DNA of 32,000 nucleotides from an uncultured Erysipelotrichaceae bacterium. Lineage in GTDB: Bacteria; Bacillota_I; Bacilli_A; Erysipelotrichales; Erysipelotrichaceae. The notes below the pieces were generated by a model. That model was not told where the DNA came from and did no database searches. It saw only the letters and a list, made by a program, of their open reading frames with translations. The position numbers were made by a program, and so were the translations under genes. Where the stretch lies: NCBI GenBank assembly GCA_964401865.1, contig CAYNZZ010000005.1, positions 30,001 to 62,000 on the forward strand, written 5' to 3'. Positions 1 through 9,721 of this stretch are shown piece after piece. How positions within the stretch are numbered: position 1 is the stretch's first letter; every line of letters starts with the position of its first letter.

Positions 1-588
1 GATAAAGCGCTTTTATCTAAAAATCCGTATTTTTTCTTTGAAAGTCTATTAAAGATGCGACAAAATAATTATTTTTTCAAAGAACTCAAAATAGATAATT
101 TATTAAAAGAAAGATTAAAGAAAGGAGTGGTGGCAAAGAAAGATGTTCATTTCCCGCTCTATTTCTTATATGCCGTCATTTCTTTAGATGTTAAAGATAA
201 AAATATTTTTTTGAATCGTTTCACCAATGAAAACAAGCTCATTAATTATGTGCTAAGTCATTGCGATATTGTGTATGAGATGCAAGAAATTAACGATGTT
301 AATCAGGCGATTAGGATTCTTGATAAGACAAGTGATTTTATAGATACGATAGAACTTTTAAAAATAAAGTATCCAGATAGGATAAACTTTTTTGAAGAAT
401 TAAAAGCGAAGTATCAGACATTTATCGGCAAAGTATTTTTAAATGGCGATGATTTTATAAATATGGGAATTAGTGACGGACAACTGATCAAAGAATTAAA
501 GACGGAATCCAGATATTTAATGATTGATAAAAATTACGCTGAAGTTAAAGCGATAATGGAGGAAAAATGCATAGCCTTGAAAAAGTAA
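1..588 (+). CDS. Probable CCA-adding tRNA nucleotidyltransferase, C-terminal part (5' end lies outside the window)
   Basis: Frame 1 is open from base 1 with no stop before the first ATG at 55, so the gene begins upstream of the window. The tail FLNGDDFINMGISDGQLIKELK resembles the L-x-G-x-D-L...G-x-x-G C-terminal segment of class II CCA enzymes. This assignment is from memory only. Confidence 0.45.
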   Translation, partial: DKALLSKNPYFFFESLLKMRQNNYFFKELKIDNLLKERLKKGVVAKKDVHFPLYFLYAVISLDVKDKNIFLNRFTNENKLINYVLSHCDIVYEMQEINDVNQAIRILDKTSDFIDTIELLKIKYPDRINFFEELKAKYQTFIGKVFLNGDDFINMGISDGQLIKELKTESRYLMIDKNYAEVKAIMEEKCIALKK

Positions 589-1019
589 AGCTAACCAATA
601 TGTGCCTTATCACTAAGGGTGATGAGATATTGGTGCAGATGCGTCACAAAAAGGATTGGCCAGGACTTACTTTTCCTGGCGGTCATGTCGAAAAAGGGGA
701 GTCGCTTCACGATGCGATTGTTAGAGAAGTGAAAGAGGAAACAGGACTAAACATCAAAAAGCCCATTCTCTGCGGTGTTGAAGAATTTAAAACTGATAAG
801 GAAGATAGGTATTTTATCTTTTTCTATAAGTGTAATGAATTTGAAGGAGATATTAAAAACTCTGATGAAGGCGAAGTGTTTTGGATTAAAAGAGAAGACA
901 TGAAAAATTATGAATTATCGTTAGATATTGAAGACATTATGATGATTATGGAAAGTGATGAATTATCTGAACTTTTATATCGCAATATCAATGATGTTTG
1001 GCAAAAGATGATATATTGA
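567..1019 (+). CDS. NUDIX hydrolase (MutT-like)
   Basis: Clear Nudix box GGHVEKGESLHDAIVREVKEETGL (G-x5-E-x7-R-E-U-x-E-E-x-G-U). Overlaps the preceding ORF by 22 nt. Confidence 0.85.
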   Translation: MHSLEKVKLTNMCLITKGDEILVQMRHKKDWPGLTFPGGHVEKGESLHDAIVREVKEETGLNIKKPILCGVEEFKTDKEDRYFIFFYKCNEFEGDIKNSDEGEVFWIKREDMKNYELSLDIEDIMMIMESDELSELLYRNINDVWQKMIY

Positions 1020-1050
1020 GAAAAAAGCGATTATTATTTAAAATATAGTC

Positions 1051-1953
1051 ATGGAATATATAGTTGAAGAAAAAGAATTAAAAATAAAAATAAATTCATT
1101 AGTATGTACAACCGTTCAATCATTTTTTGATGCATATATACCCTCAAAGAAGATTCAACATTTGATGATTCAGAATAAGTGGATAAGTATTGATGATGTA
1201 CCTTGCAAAAGAGAGAGTGAAGTAAAGGGTAAATATTTAAAGATATTGTTATATCCGTATGAACATCAATACTCACATATAAGCCACAAGAAATTAGATA
1301 TAGTATATGAAGATGAACTATTCTTGATTGTCAATAAACCAAGTGGAATTATTGTGCATAGTGATGGCGTAAATAACGATTGTTTAAGTGATATCGTCAC
1401 TACTTATTTTAATGATAGTAAAAAAGAATATTTTGAAGCTAATCCTATTCATCGTCTTGATAGAGATACAAGTGGTCTGGTGTTATTTTCTAAGAGCATC
1501 ATCTTTCAAGCCTTGCTTGACCAAATGTTAGAAAAGAAGATGATCAGAAGAACTTACTTGGCTTATGTTAATGGCAAAGTTAATAAGAATACTAATTTTG
1601 AAATATCTAAATCTATCGGTAAAGATAGACATGATGCTAAAAAAATGGTTATTAATCCTAAAGGTCAAAAGGCTATAACCAAAGTTAGAAGTTTGGGTTT
1701 CGCCAATGATAATTACTCGGTTTTAGAATGTCGTTTACTTACCGGCAGAACTCATCAAATTAGATTGCATTTAGCTAGTGAAGGTTATCCGATTTTAAAT
1801 GATGAATTATATGGTCGACCTAGTTATCTATTAAAAGATATGGGACTTGTGGCATATAAATTGTCTTTCTTCCATCCGTTAAAGGAAGAAATGCTAGAAG
1901 TCGAATTGGAATTAAACGGTGATTTTAAAAGGTTATTTGAGAAAGTATCATGA
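1051..1953 (+). CDS. RluA/RluD-family rRNA pseudouridine synthase
   Basis: Catalytic motif HRLDRDTSGLVLFSK and the downstream GRTHQIRLHL motif. The N-terminal roughly 60 aa look S4-like. Confidence 0.85.
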   Translation: MEYIVEEKELKIKINSLVCTTVQSFFDAYIPSKKIQHLMIQNKWISIDDVPCKRESEVKGKYLKILLYPYEHQYSHISHKKLDIVYEDELFLIVNKPSGIIVHSDGVNNDCLSDIVTTYFNDSKKEYFEANPIHRLDRDTSGLVLFSKSIIFQALLDQMLEKKMIRRTYLAYVNGKVNKNTNFEISKSIGKDRHDAKKMVINPKGQKAITKVRSLGFANDNYSVLECRLLTGRTHQIRLHLASEGYPILNDELYGRPSYLLKDMGLVAYKLSFFHPLKEEMLEVELELNGDFKRLFEKVS

Positions 1954-2435
1954 CAAAAGTAAATAAGACTAATGCGATGCGCTTATTAGACAAGGCGAAA
2001 ATTGATTATGAAGTGCTTACATATGACATTGATGAATCAGAGTTTGATGGCGAAAAAGTATCAGAGATATTAGGTTTGGATAAAAGCACTTGTTTTAAAA
2101 CATTATCACTCAAATGTGACAAAGATCTCTATATTTTGTGCATTCCTGTGTGCAGTACGCTTGACTTAAAAAAGAGTGCCAACAATATCGGAGTTAAACA
2201 CTTGGAAATGATTCATGTAAAAGATTTATTAAAAGAAGTTGGCTATAAAAGAGGCAGCACCTCGCCTATTGGCATATTAAAGAAACATAAATTATATTTT
2301 GATATTTCGATTCTTGAACATGAAAAAATCGAGGTATCCGGTGGTGCTATGGGTATTTCCTTAATGTTGAAGACAAAGGATTTATTGGAATTTACTAAGG
2401 CAGAAGTAAAAGACTTGTGTAGGGAGAAGGAATGA
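1950..2435 (+). CDS. ybaK: Cys-tRNA(Pro)/Cys-tRNA(Cys) deacylase YbaK
   Basis: The N-terminus KTNAMRLLDKAKIDYEVLTYD is typical of YbaK, and the size (161 aa) fits. ATGA overlap with the upstream gene. Confidence 0.75.
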   Translation: MTKVNKTNAMRLLDKAKIDYEVLTYDIDESEFDGEKVSEILGLDKSTCFKTLSLKCDKDLYILCIPVCSTLDLKKSANNIGVKHLEMIHVKDLLKEVGYKRGSTSPIGILKKHKLYFDISILEHEKIEVSGGAMGISLMLKTKDLLEFTKAEVKDLCREKE

Positions 2436-3142
2436 AAAAAGCAGTATTGTTTGACTTAGATGGCACTTTATTACCAATGCCGAATCAAATGGAATTTGTG
2501 AAAGTTTATCTTGGGCTTTTATGCAAGCTGGGATTGCATGAGCCTCAAAAATTGACGGATGTCATTTTTAAAGGTACTAAGGCTATGGTACTAAATGATG
2601 GGCTTAAAACTAATGAAGAAGTGTTTTGGGATGTTTATTTTAACGAGTTAGATGAAGACAAAACAAATATTGATGAAGTAAAAAGAGTGTATGATGATTT
2701 TTATCGTCATGATTTTGATGCTTCAAAGGTTGCGACTTATGACAATGAAGATGCCAGAGTTTTAATTGATAAATTAAAAAATATCGGTCTAAGATTGATA
2801 TTGGCAACTAATCCGGTTTTTCCTTTGCGTGCCGTTGAAACAAGATTGGCTTGGATTGGTTTGAATAAAAGCGATTTTGAATTTATTACAACTTATGAGA
2901 ATATGGGTTTATGCAAGCCTAATCCTGCATATTTTAAAGAAGTATTAAAAAGAAATAACTTAAAAGCCGAAGATGTCATTATGATAGGTAATGATGTTAA
3001 TGACGATATTAAACCGTGTTTAAGCATCGGCATTGATTCGATATTGGTAACTGATACGATGATTGGCGATATTGATTCAGTTGATGTGCCAAAGATACCA
3101 TTTAAAGAATTGGTAAATAATATTAATATATATCTAGAATAA
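2432..3142 (+). CDS. HAD-superfamily hydrolase
   Basis: Motif I AVLFDLDGTLL and motif IV GNDVNDDI. ATGA overlap with ybaK. Confidence 0.8.
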   Translation: MKKAVLFDLDGTLLPMPNQMEFVKVYLGLLCKLGLHEPQKLTDVIFKGTKAMVLNDGLKTNEEVFWDVYFNELDEDKTNIDEVKRVYDDFYRHDFDASKVATYDNEDARVLIDKLKNIGLRLILATNPVFPLRAVETRLAWIGLNKSDFEFITTYENMGLCKPNPAYFKEVLKRNNLKAEDVIMIGNDVNDDIKPCLSIGIDSILVTDTMIGDIDSVDVPKIPFKELVNNINIYLE

Positions 3143-3153
3143 GGAGAATAAAA

Positions 3154-4263
3154 ATGATCATTGGTGTACCTAAAGAAATAAAAAATAATGAAAATCGTGT
3201 TGCTTTAACTCCGGCAGGCGCTTATGCATTAAAAAAAGCCGGGCATGAAGTACTGGTTGAAAAAGGAGCCGGGCTAGGAAGTGGATTTGAAGACATTGAA
3301 TATCAAGAAACTGGAGCAGTTATCTTAGATAAAGATGAGGTGTTTGCAAATGCAGACTTAATTGTTAAGGTTAAGGAATATTTACCATGTGAATATCATT
3401 ATTTGCGTAAAGATCAAATGGTTTTTACATATTTACATATTGCAGCAGATAAACAATTCGCTCAAGCTCTTATCAATTCAAAGACAACATCTATCGCTTA
3501 TGAAACAGTAACTGATGTATATGGCGGATTGCCTTTGCTTACGCCGATGTCACAAGTTGCGGGTCGTATGGCCATTCAAGTTGGGGCATCGATATTGCAG
3601 AAGTCAAACGGTGGAAGCGGTATTCTTTTAGGAGGCGTACCAGGAGTAAAACCTGCCAATGTAGTTGTACTTGGTGGTGGTGTAGTAGGTTTTGAAGCTG
3701 CTAGAATGGCAAAGGGTTTAGGTGCTCATGTAGAAATATTTGAGGTTAATCCAAGAAGAATGGCAGAAATTGATGAATTGACTAATGGCCAAATACATAC
3801 CATTTATTCAAACGAATTCAATATTAAAAACTCAATCAAAAATGCTGACTTGGTAGTTGGTGCTGTATTAATTCCAGGTGGCAAAGCTCCGGTATTGGTT
3901 ACAAGCGAGATGGTACAGACGATGAAAAAAGGTAGTGCTATTGTCGATGTAGCGATTGACCAAGGTGGATGCATTGAGACATCTGATCATACGACATCTC
4001 ATGATGAACCGACATTTGTGAAATACGGTGTAAATCATTACTCAGTTCCAAATATGCCAGGTGCAGTTCCACGCACTTCAACATTCGCTCTTTCAAATGC
4101 TACACTTCCATATATATTGAAACTTGCCAACAAAGGATTGGATGCATTAAAAGAAGATGAAGGCTTTATGAATGGTCTAAACACATATGATGGCCATTAT
4201 ACATACGAAGCAGTAGCTAAAGCCTTTGGTGAAGAATATGTAAATCCAAGGACTTTGTTATGA
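3154..4263 (+). CDS. ald: Alanine dehydrogenase
   Basis: N-terminus MIIGVPKEIKNNENRVALTPAG and the NAD fold VVLGGGVVGFEAARMAKGLGA. 369 aa. SD AAGGAG at 3141-3146. Confidence 0.93.
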   Translation: MIIGVPKEIKNNENRVALTPAGAYALKKAGHEVLVEKGAGLGSGFEDIEYQETGAVILDKDEVFANADLIVKVKEYLPCEYHYLRKDQMVFTYLHIAADKQFAQALINSKTTSIAYETVTDVYGGLPLLTPMSQVAGRMAIQVGASILQKSNGGSGILLGGVPGVKPANVVVLGGGVVGFEAARMAKGLGAHVEIFEVNPRRMAEIDELTNGQIHTIYSNEFNIKNSIKNADLVVGAVLIPGGKAPVLVTSEMVQTMKKGSAIVDVAIDQGGCIETSDHTTSHDEPTFVKYGVNHYSVPNMPGAVPRTSTFALSNATLPYILKLANKGLDALKEDEGFMNGLNTYDGHYTYEAVAKAFGEEYVNPRTLL

Positions 4264-5057
4264 AGAAATTGATTTTATGTGATATGGATGGCACATTACT
4301 CAATTCCAAAAAAGAGTTACCAGTAAAATTTGACAAGGTAGTAAAAGAACTTTATAAACAAGATTGCGCTTTGGGAATTGCCAGTGGCCGACAGTTTTTC
4401 AGATTGAGAAAACAGTTTAGCGATTATGATGATATGCTGATAATCGCCGAAAATGGTGCTAGTGTTTACAAGGGCGATGAATGTTTGTTTTATCATCCAT
4501 TAGATGAGAAATTAATAGTGAAAGTAACTAGCGAACTAATGGAAAAATTTGAATATAGTTTGGTGTATTCAGGACTTAAAGGTTCATATGTTCATAAAAG
4601 GATAAGCGAACAGGCTTATGCTAATACTAAGATTTATTGCGAAAATCTGTTTTTCTTTGACGGCATTGATGAAGTGCTCAAAAAAGATAAGATAGTTAAA
4701 ATGGCGTTTTATATTAAGGATAAAAATGCTGATGTCATCTTCAAAGAGTTTAAAGATTATTACGAAATGGCTAATGTTGCAGTATCGGCTAAAGAATGGA
4801 TTGATATCAATGACTTAGGTGTTTCTAAGGGTGAAGCGTTAAAAAAACTCAAAGAGCTATATAGTTTAAAAGATGAAGACTGTTACGCTTTTGGTGATTA
4901 TGATAATGACATCGAACTTTTAAAAGAAGCATATCATAGCTATGCTATGGAGAATGCGGTTGATAAGGTTAAGGAAGTAGCTAATTTTATCTGTCCATCA
5001 AATGATGATGATGGCGTTATGAAAACTATTATTAAAGAATTTAATTTAGATCTTTAA
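4260..5057 (+). CDS. Cof-type HAD-IIB phosphatase
   Basis: LILCDMDGTLLNS, GVSKGEALKKL and FGDYDNDIELL motifs. ATGA overlap with ald. Confidence 0.85.
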   Translation: MKKLILCDMDGTLLNSKKELPVKFDKVVKELYKQDCALGIASGRQFFRLRKQFSDYDDMLIIAENGASVYKGDECLFYHPLDEKLIVKVTSELMEKFEYSLVYSGLKGSYVHKRISEQAYANTKIYCENLFFFDGIDEVLKKDKIVKMAFYIKDKNADVIFKEFKDYYEMANVAVSAKEWIDINDLGVSKGEALKKLKELYSLKDEDCYAFGDYDNDIELLKEAYHSYAMENAVDKVKEVANFICPSNDDDGVMKTIIKEFNLDL

Positions 5058-5067
5058 ATCAAATCTT

Positions 5068-5097
5068 GCGTTTTATGGTTACTTAAAACGCTTTTTT
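5068..5097 (+). terminator. Rho-independent terminator closing the 567-5057 gene chain
   Basis: GCGTTTTA (5068-5075) pairs with TAAAACGC (5084-5091) and is followed by T6 (5092-5097). Confidence 0.75.
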
Positions 5098-5368
5098 ATT
5101 TGTCGCAACATATGTTTTGACAGAAATGAAAACCAAACTGTTAAAATATTTAACTTTTATCGAATATGTGTTCAATTTTCTTAACATAAGCTTTCTCGTG
5201 ATTATATTGATAGGCTGAATCAATTGTAGAAATATAATTTATCAATACTATATTAATAAGTCATATTAGATATATGACTATTTGAAATATCTATCTATAA
5301 GGTTTTGTTTTGGCTAACTTTTAAAATCTAATCAATACTAGACAAATAAATGCTTTATAATATAACTA

Positions 5369-5905
5369 ATGAAAAAAATAAAAGAAGTAATTGTTGTCGA
5401 AGGTAAAAATGATACTAAGAATTTAAAGACATATTTTGATGTCGATACGATCGAGACCAATGGCAGCCATTTGTCTAAAGATACAATTAAACTGATTAAA
5501 GAAATAAACAAAAATAGAGGTGTTATTTTATTTTTGGATCCTGATGTCCCAGGTGAAAAGGTTAGAAATACCATTAATCAGCAAATTCAAGGTTTAAAAA
5601 ATGCTTTTGTGCTAAAAGAAGATGCTAGAACTACAAAAAAAGTAGGGATTGAACATGCCTCAAAAGAAGTCTTAACTGAGGCTTTGGATAATTTGATCAC
5701 TTATGGAAATAACTTTGATAGTTTAAGTGTTGAAGATTATTATGAGCTTGGATTAAATGGTTTTAAAGACAGTGAAAAAAGACGCGACATGATTGCTAAA
5801 AAATATAAAACAGGTAAGTGTAATGCCAAGACAATGTTTAAACGTTTGAATATGTTAGGCATCACTAAAGAAGAAATAATTGATTTGTTGAAGGAAAAAG
5901 AATAA
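5369..5905 (+). CDS. rnmV: Ribonuclease M5 (5S rRNA maturase, Toprim domain)
   Basis: N-terminus MKKIKEVIVVEGKNDTKNLK and LFLDPDVPGEKVR. Sits immediately upstream of rsmA, as in Bacillus. Confidence 0.88.
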   Translation: MKKIKEVIVVEGKNDTKNLKTYFDVDTIETNGSHLSKDTIKLIKEINKNRGVILFLDPDVPGEKVRNTINQQIQGLKNAFVLKEDARTTKKVGIEHASKEVLTEALDNLITYGNNFDSLSVEDYYELGLNGFKDSEKRRDMIAKKYKTGKCNAKTMFKRLNMLGITKEEIIDLLKEKE

Positions 5906-6759
5906 TGGAAAAAGCGATTGCATCCCTTTCAAGAACACATGAAATACTAGACAGGTATGGATTAAAGGCTCAGAAGAAATATGGGCAAAATTTTTTAGTT
6001 GATGCCAATATTGTTGATAAGATAGCAAAATTAAGCACCGATAAAGAAAGCATTACTATTGAAATTGGTCCAGGCATTGGTTCGCTTACACAAATGCTTG
6101 CCAAATATTCCAAAGAAGTTATCGCTTATGAAATAGACGATAATTTAATTCCGGTTTTAAGTGATAATTTTAAAGATGCAAATAATATCAAAATTATTCA
6201 TCAAGATTTTTTAAAGGCTGATTTAAGTAAGGCGGAATATAAAGATGAAGAAATAAATATATGCGCTAATTTGCCTTACTACATAACAACACCTATTTTG
6301 TTCAAACTATTTGAAAGTGATTTAAAGATTAAAAAGATTAGTGTAATGGTACAGAAAGAAGTCGCTGATCGTTTTAAAGCAAAAGTTAACGAAGAAGATT
6401 ATAATGCTTTAAGCGTTATAGTGAATTATTTATATGATGTGAAGGTTGTAACGCAAGTTCCTTCGTCAGTTTTTCATCCACGTCCTAGAGTTGATAGCAC
6501 TGTCATTAGCTTTATTCCCAAAATAAATAGAGACAGAGAGTATGAAAAGCATTTATTTTCATTAATTAAAATGTCTTTTGTGCAAAGAAGAAAGACGCTA
6601 TGGAATAATCTGAAGGGAGAAATAGCGTTAGAAGATTTGAATTACTTGTATGAGAAGATGAATTTTAAATCTAATATTCGTGCGCAGGAATTAGATATAG
6701 ATGCTTTTGTAAAGATGTATGAGGTGTTAAATGAAAGATCGTGCATATGCAAAAATTAA
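5905..6759 (+). CDS. rsmA: 16S rRNA (adenine1518/1519-N6)-dimethyltransferase
   Basis: KKYGQNFL, the SAM motif EIGPGIGSLT, and NLPYYITTPIL. Confidence 0.93.
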   Translation: MEKAIASLSRTHEILDRYGLKAQKKYGQNFLVDANIVDKIAKLSTDKESITIEIGPGIGSLTQMLAKYSKEVIAYEIDDNLIPVLSDNFKDANNIKIIHQDFLKADLSKAEYKDEEINICANLPYYITTPILFKLFESDLKIKKISVMVQKEVADRFKAKVNEEDYNALSVIVNYLYDVKVVTQVPSSVFHPRPRVDSTVISFIPKINRDREYEKHLFSLIKMSFVQRRKTLWNNLKGEIALEDLNYLYEKMNFKSNIRAQELDIDAFVKMYEVLNERSCICKN

Positions 6760-7570
6760 TTTAGCTTTAAATGTCAAGAGTCGGCGTGAAGATGGTTACC
6801 ATGAATTAGAGATGATAATGGTGCCCATTTCTTACTTTGATGAATTGGAATTAGTTAAATCAGAGAAAATGGAATACTTATGCAACAGAAAGTACATAAC
6901 TTTTGATAGCAGCAATACAGTAGTTAAAGCTATTGATTATATGAAAAATAAGTACGATATTAATGATAACTTCAAGGTCTATATCAATAAAATGATACCG
7001 ACTAGGGCAGGATTGGCTGGCGGTTCAAGTGATGGCGCCAGTATTATTAGAATGTTTGATAAGATGTATGGTCTCAATATGTCTTATGAAGAAAAAAAGG
7101 AAGCTAGTTTAGCTATTGGCGCTGATGTCTTTTTTTGTTTGATGAATAAGCCATCTCTAGTTAGGGGAATAGGCGAAAAACTTGAACCTTTTAAAATGGA
7201 AAACTTTTTTGAGATCTTGTTAGTAAAACCAAGGCAGGGTGTTTCGACAAAAGAAGCATTTACTAAATTGAATTTAGATAAATGTGCTCATCCTGATGTT
7301 GAAGAACTGAAAAGATGTTTGATGGCGAAAGATTATTCTTCATCCATTATTAATATGCAAAATAGTTTAGAGGAGTCGTCATTTAGAATATGCCCTTATA
7401 TTAATTATCTAAAGAAGGAATTATTAAATTTAGGTTTTGACCATGTACTGATGTCAGGCAGTGGATCAACGCTCATGGCTTTTAGTAGAGATGCTTTATT
7501 AGCAGAAAATACTATGAAGAAAATGCGAAGTGAAAGACACTTTGCAATAAGGGTTAAAATACTAAGCTAG
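6731..7570 (+). CDS. ispE: 4-diphosphocytidyl-2-C-methyl-D-erythritol kinase
   Basis: AYAKINLALNV N-terminus and the GHMP kinase motif PTRAGLAGGSSDGAS. SD GAGGTG lies upstream. 29-nt overlap with rsmA. Confidence 0.88.
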   Translation: MKDRAYAKINLALNVKSRREDGYHELEMIMVPISYFDELELVKSEKMEYLCNRKYITFDSSNTVVKAIDYMKNKYDINDNFKVYINKMIPTRAGLAGGSSDGASIIRMFDKMYGLNMSYEEKKEASLAIGADVFFCLMNKPSLVRGIGEKLEPFKMENFFEILLVKPRQGVSTKEAFTKLNLDKCAHPDVEELKRCLMAKDYSSSIINMQNSLEESSFRICPYINYLKKELLNLGFDHVLMSGSGSTLMAFSRDALLAENTMKKMRSERHFAIRVKILS

Positions 7571-7611
7571 TTAAGATGTTTCGTGATAAAATTAGATAAC
7601 GGAGGTCACAA

Positions 7612-8730
7612 ATGAATATTGGAATTGTTTTTATTGATAAAAATAAATTTGATAAAGTAGCTAACCAAAGAATATTGGATAAAAAAGTGGCTGACTATAC
7701 GATAGATCACTTAATTAATGGTGGCTCTGATAAAGTGTATGTCATCAGTCATGATGAATATAAAAGAGAAGATGTTACTTGGCTGAATAGCGTTAATAAA
7801 TTAGATAATGAACTCGAAGGCGTTGATGGTAGAGTAATCATTACCAGCATTGATTATGTAAATGTTAATGCTGACACATATTCGTCTTTATTTGCCAGCG
7901 AAAAAGAGGCACTTGTCGTAGCCGAAGGTCATAAAACTTATAATATTTTTTCGTTTAATGCTGATAGATTAAAAGATTATGAAAAACTTAATTATGAACT
8001 TTACAACATTGAAGATGAATTATTAGAGGTTCAAGATGTCAAAGATGTATATAATGCATTTAAAAAGATGCAAAGAAATATCAACTATACACATTTAGAA
8101 AATGGCGTATCATTTGTTGATATTGAAAATACTTATATCGGTGAAGATGTAAAGATTGAAAAAGGGGTAGTTTTATATCCGAATATATATTTGGAAGGAA
8201 AAACTTGCATTAAAGAAAATACTTCTATTAGTGCAGGAAGCCACATTATCAATGCTACGATTGGAAAAGACTGCACAATTTTATCTAGTAGAATTACTGA
8301 TTCAGTTTTGCATGATCATATAAGTGTCGGACCATGTTCGCATTTACGTATGAATTCAGAGATTATGGACGGCGTTAGAATCGGTAACTTTGTCGAATTT
8401 AAAAAGACGAAATTTGGTAAGATATCTCGTTGTGCTCACTTGACTTATCTTGGCGATAGCGAGGTTGGCGAGGATGTAAATATCGGTTGTGGAGTTATTA
8501 CTGCTAATTATGATGGTAATCATAAATTCAAGACTATTATTAAAGATAAAGCATTTATTGGAAGTAACAGTAATCTGATTGCTCCAATAACCATTGGCAA
8601 AAGCGTATTAGTTGCTGCGGGTTCAACTATTACTAAAGATGTTGAAGACGGAGCTATGGCTATTGCTAGACAAAGACAGGAAATCAAGCCGGATTTTGGT
8701 TTCAAATATATAAATAAGGAGAAAGACTAA
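7612..8730 (+). CDS. glmU: GlmU-like protein: intact left-handed beta-helix acetyltransferase domain, shortened and degenerate N-terminal nucleotidyltransferase domain
   Basis: The C-terminal half matches GlmU (AHLTYLGDSEVGEDVNIGCGVITANYDG..KFKTIIKDKAFIGSNSNLIAPITIG). It sits before prs as in Bacillus. It is 372 aa (typical GlmU is about 450), and the N-terminus reads GIVFIDKNKFDKV where LAAGKGTRM is expected. Confidence 0.7.
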   Translation: MNIGIVFIDKNKFDKVANQRILDKKVADYTIDHLINGGSDKVYVISHDEYKREDVTWLNSVNKLDNELEGVDGRVIITSIDYVNVNADTYSSLFASEKEALVVAEGHKTYNIFSFNADRLKDYEKLNYELYNIEDELLEVQDVKDVYNAFKKMQRNINYTHLENGVSFVDIENTYIGEDVKIEKGVVLYPNIYLEGKTCIKENTSISAGSHIINATIGKDCTILSSRITDSVLHDHISVGPCSHLRMNSEIMDGVRIGNFVEFKKTKFGKISRCAHLTYLGDSEVGEDVNIGCGVITANYDGNHKFKTIIKDKAFIGSNSNLIAPITIGKSVLVAAGSTITKDVEDGAMAIARQRQEIKPDFGFKYINKEKD

Positions 8731-8732
8731 AG

Positions 8733-9704
8733 ATGAAAGATTCGATTGTATTTGCACTAACTGCCAATGTTAAACTAGTTGATGAGATTTGTGATTACTT
8801 GAACATTGAACCAGGTAAAATCGCCGTAAAACATTTCGCTGATGGCGAAATACTGGTTGAACCTGGTGAAACCGTTAGAGGAAAGAAAGTTTATATTGTT
8901 CAAAGTACATGTAATCCTGTAACAGAACGCTTAATGGAATTACTTATCAGCATTGATGCATTGAAAAGAGCCAGTGCTGAAGAAATTATTTGTATTATTC
9001 CATATTATGGTTATGCAAGACAAGACCGCAAAGCATGTCCAAGACAACCTATTACTGCTAAATTAGTTGCTAACTTGCTTGAAGCTGCTGGAGCTGATCG
9101 TGTTATCACTCTTGATTTACATGCTACTCAAATCCAAGGTTTCTTCAATATTCCACTTGATGATTTAACAGCCATTCCAATGATTGCTCAATATTTCCGT
9201 AATAAGAACCTTCCTACTCAAGATCTTGTTGTTGTATCACCTGACCATGGCGGAACTACAAGAGCTAGAAAATTAGCTGAATTATTAGGTGCTCCAATCG
9301 CTATTATTGATAAACGTCGTCCAAGACCAAATGTTTGTGAAGCGAATAATGTAATTGGTGATGTCGATGGTAAACACTGTATCGTTGTTGATGATATTTG
9401 TGATACTGGCGGATCATTGGTAGCCGGTTGTGAACTATTAAAAGAAAAAGGGGCAAAAGATATCTATACTGCAATTACTCACGGTGTATTCTCTGGTAGT
9501 GCAGCCGAAAAGATTGAAAATTCACCAATTAAAGAAATGGTAGTAACTAATACTATTCCATTATCAGATGAATTCAAGTCTAAGACCAATAAGGTTACAT
9601 CTCTATCTATTGCTTGGATGCTATCAAAGATTATTGAGGCTATTTCAAGTCATAGCTCAATAAGTGCTATTTATTCGGCTTTTGAAGATACACAAAATAG
9701 ATAA
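8733..9704 (+). CDS. prs: Ribose-phosphate pyrophosphokinase
   Basis: YFGYARQDRK-type motif (YYGYARQDRK), VSPDHGG, and the PRPP loop VVDDICDTGGSL. Confidence 0.93.
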   Translation: MKDSIVFALTANVKLVDEICDYLNIEPGKIAVKHFADGEILVEPGETVRGKKVYIVQSTCNPVTERLMELLISIDALKRASAEEIICIIPYYGYARQDRKACPRQPITAKLVANLLEAAGADRVITLDLHATQIQGFFNIPLDDLTAIPMIAQYFRNKNLPTQDLVVVSPDHGGTTRARKLAELLGAPIAIIDKRRPRPNVCEANNVIGDVDGKHCIVVDDICDTGGSLVAGCELLKEKGAKDIYTAITHGVFSGSAAEKIENSPIKEMVVTNTIPLSDEFKSKTNKVTSLSIAWMLSKIIEAISSHSSISAIYSAFEDTQNR

Positions 9705-9721
9705 AAAAATAAACTTTAGTT

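Noticed and set aside
5126-5218. 30-codon ORF (MKTKLLKYLTFIEYVFNFLNISFLVIILIG) in the rnmV upstream region, considered as a small hydrophobic toxin or leader peptide
   Set aside because: It has no SD and no convincing promoter geometry, and only the last about 10 residues are hydrophobic. ORFs of this size arise by chance in AT-rich spacers.
5259-5279. 8-bp inverted repeat AGTCATAT-N5-ATATGACT in the same spacer, considered as an operator
   Set aside because: It is short and AT-rich, has no second copy, and has no obvious cognate regulator nearby. I cannot distinguish it from chance.
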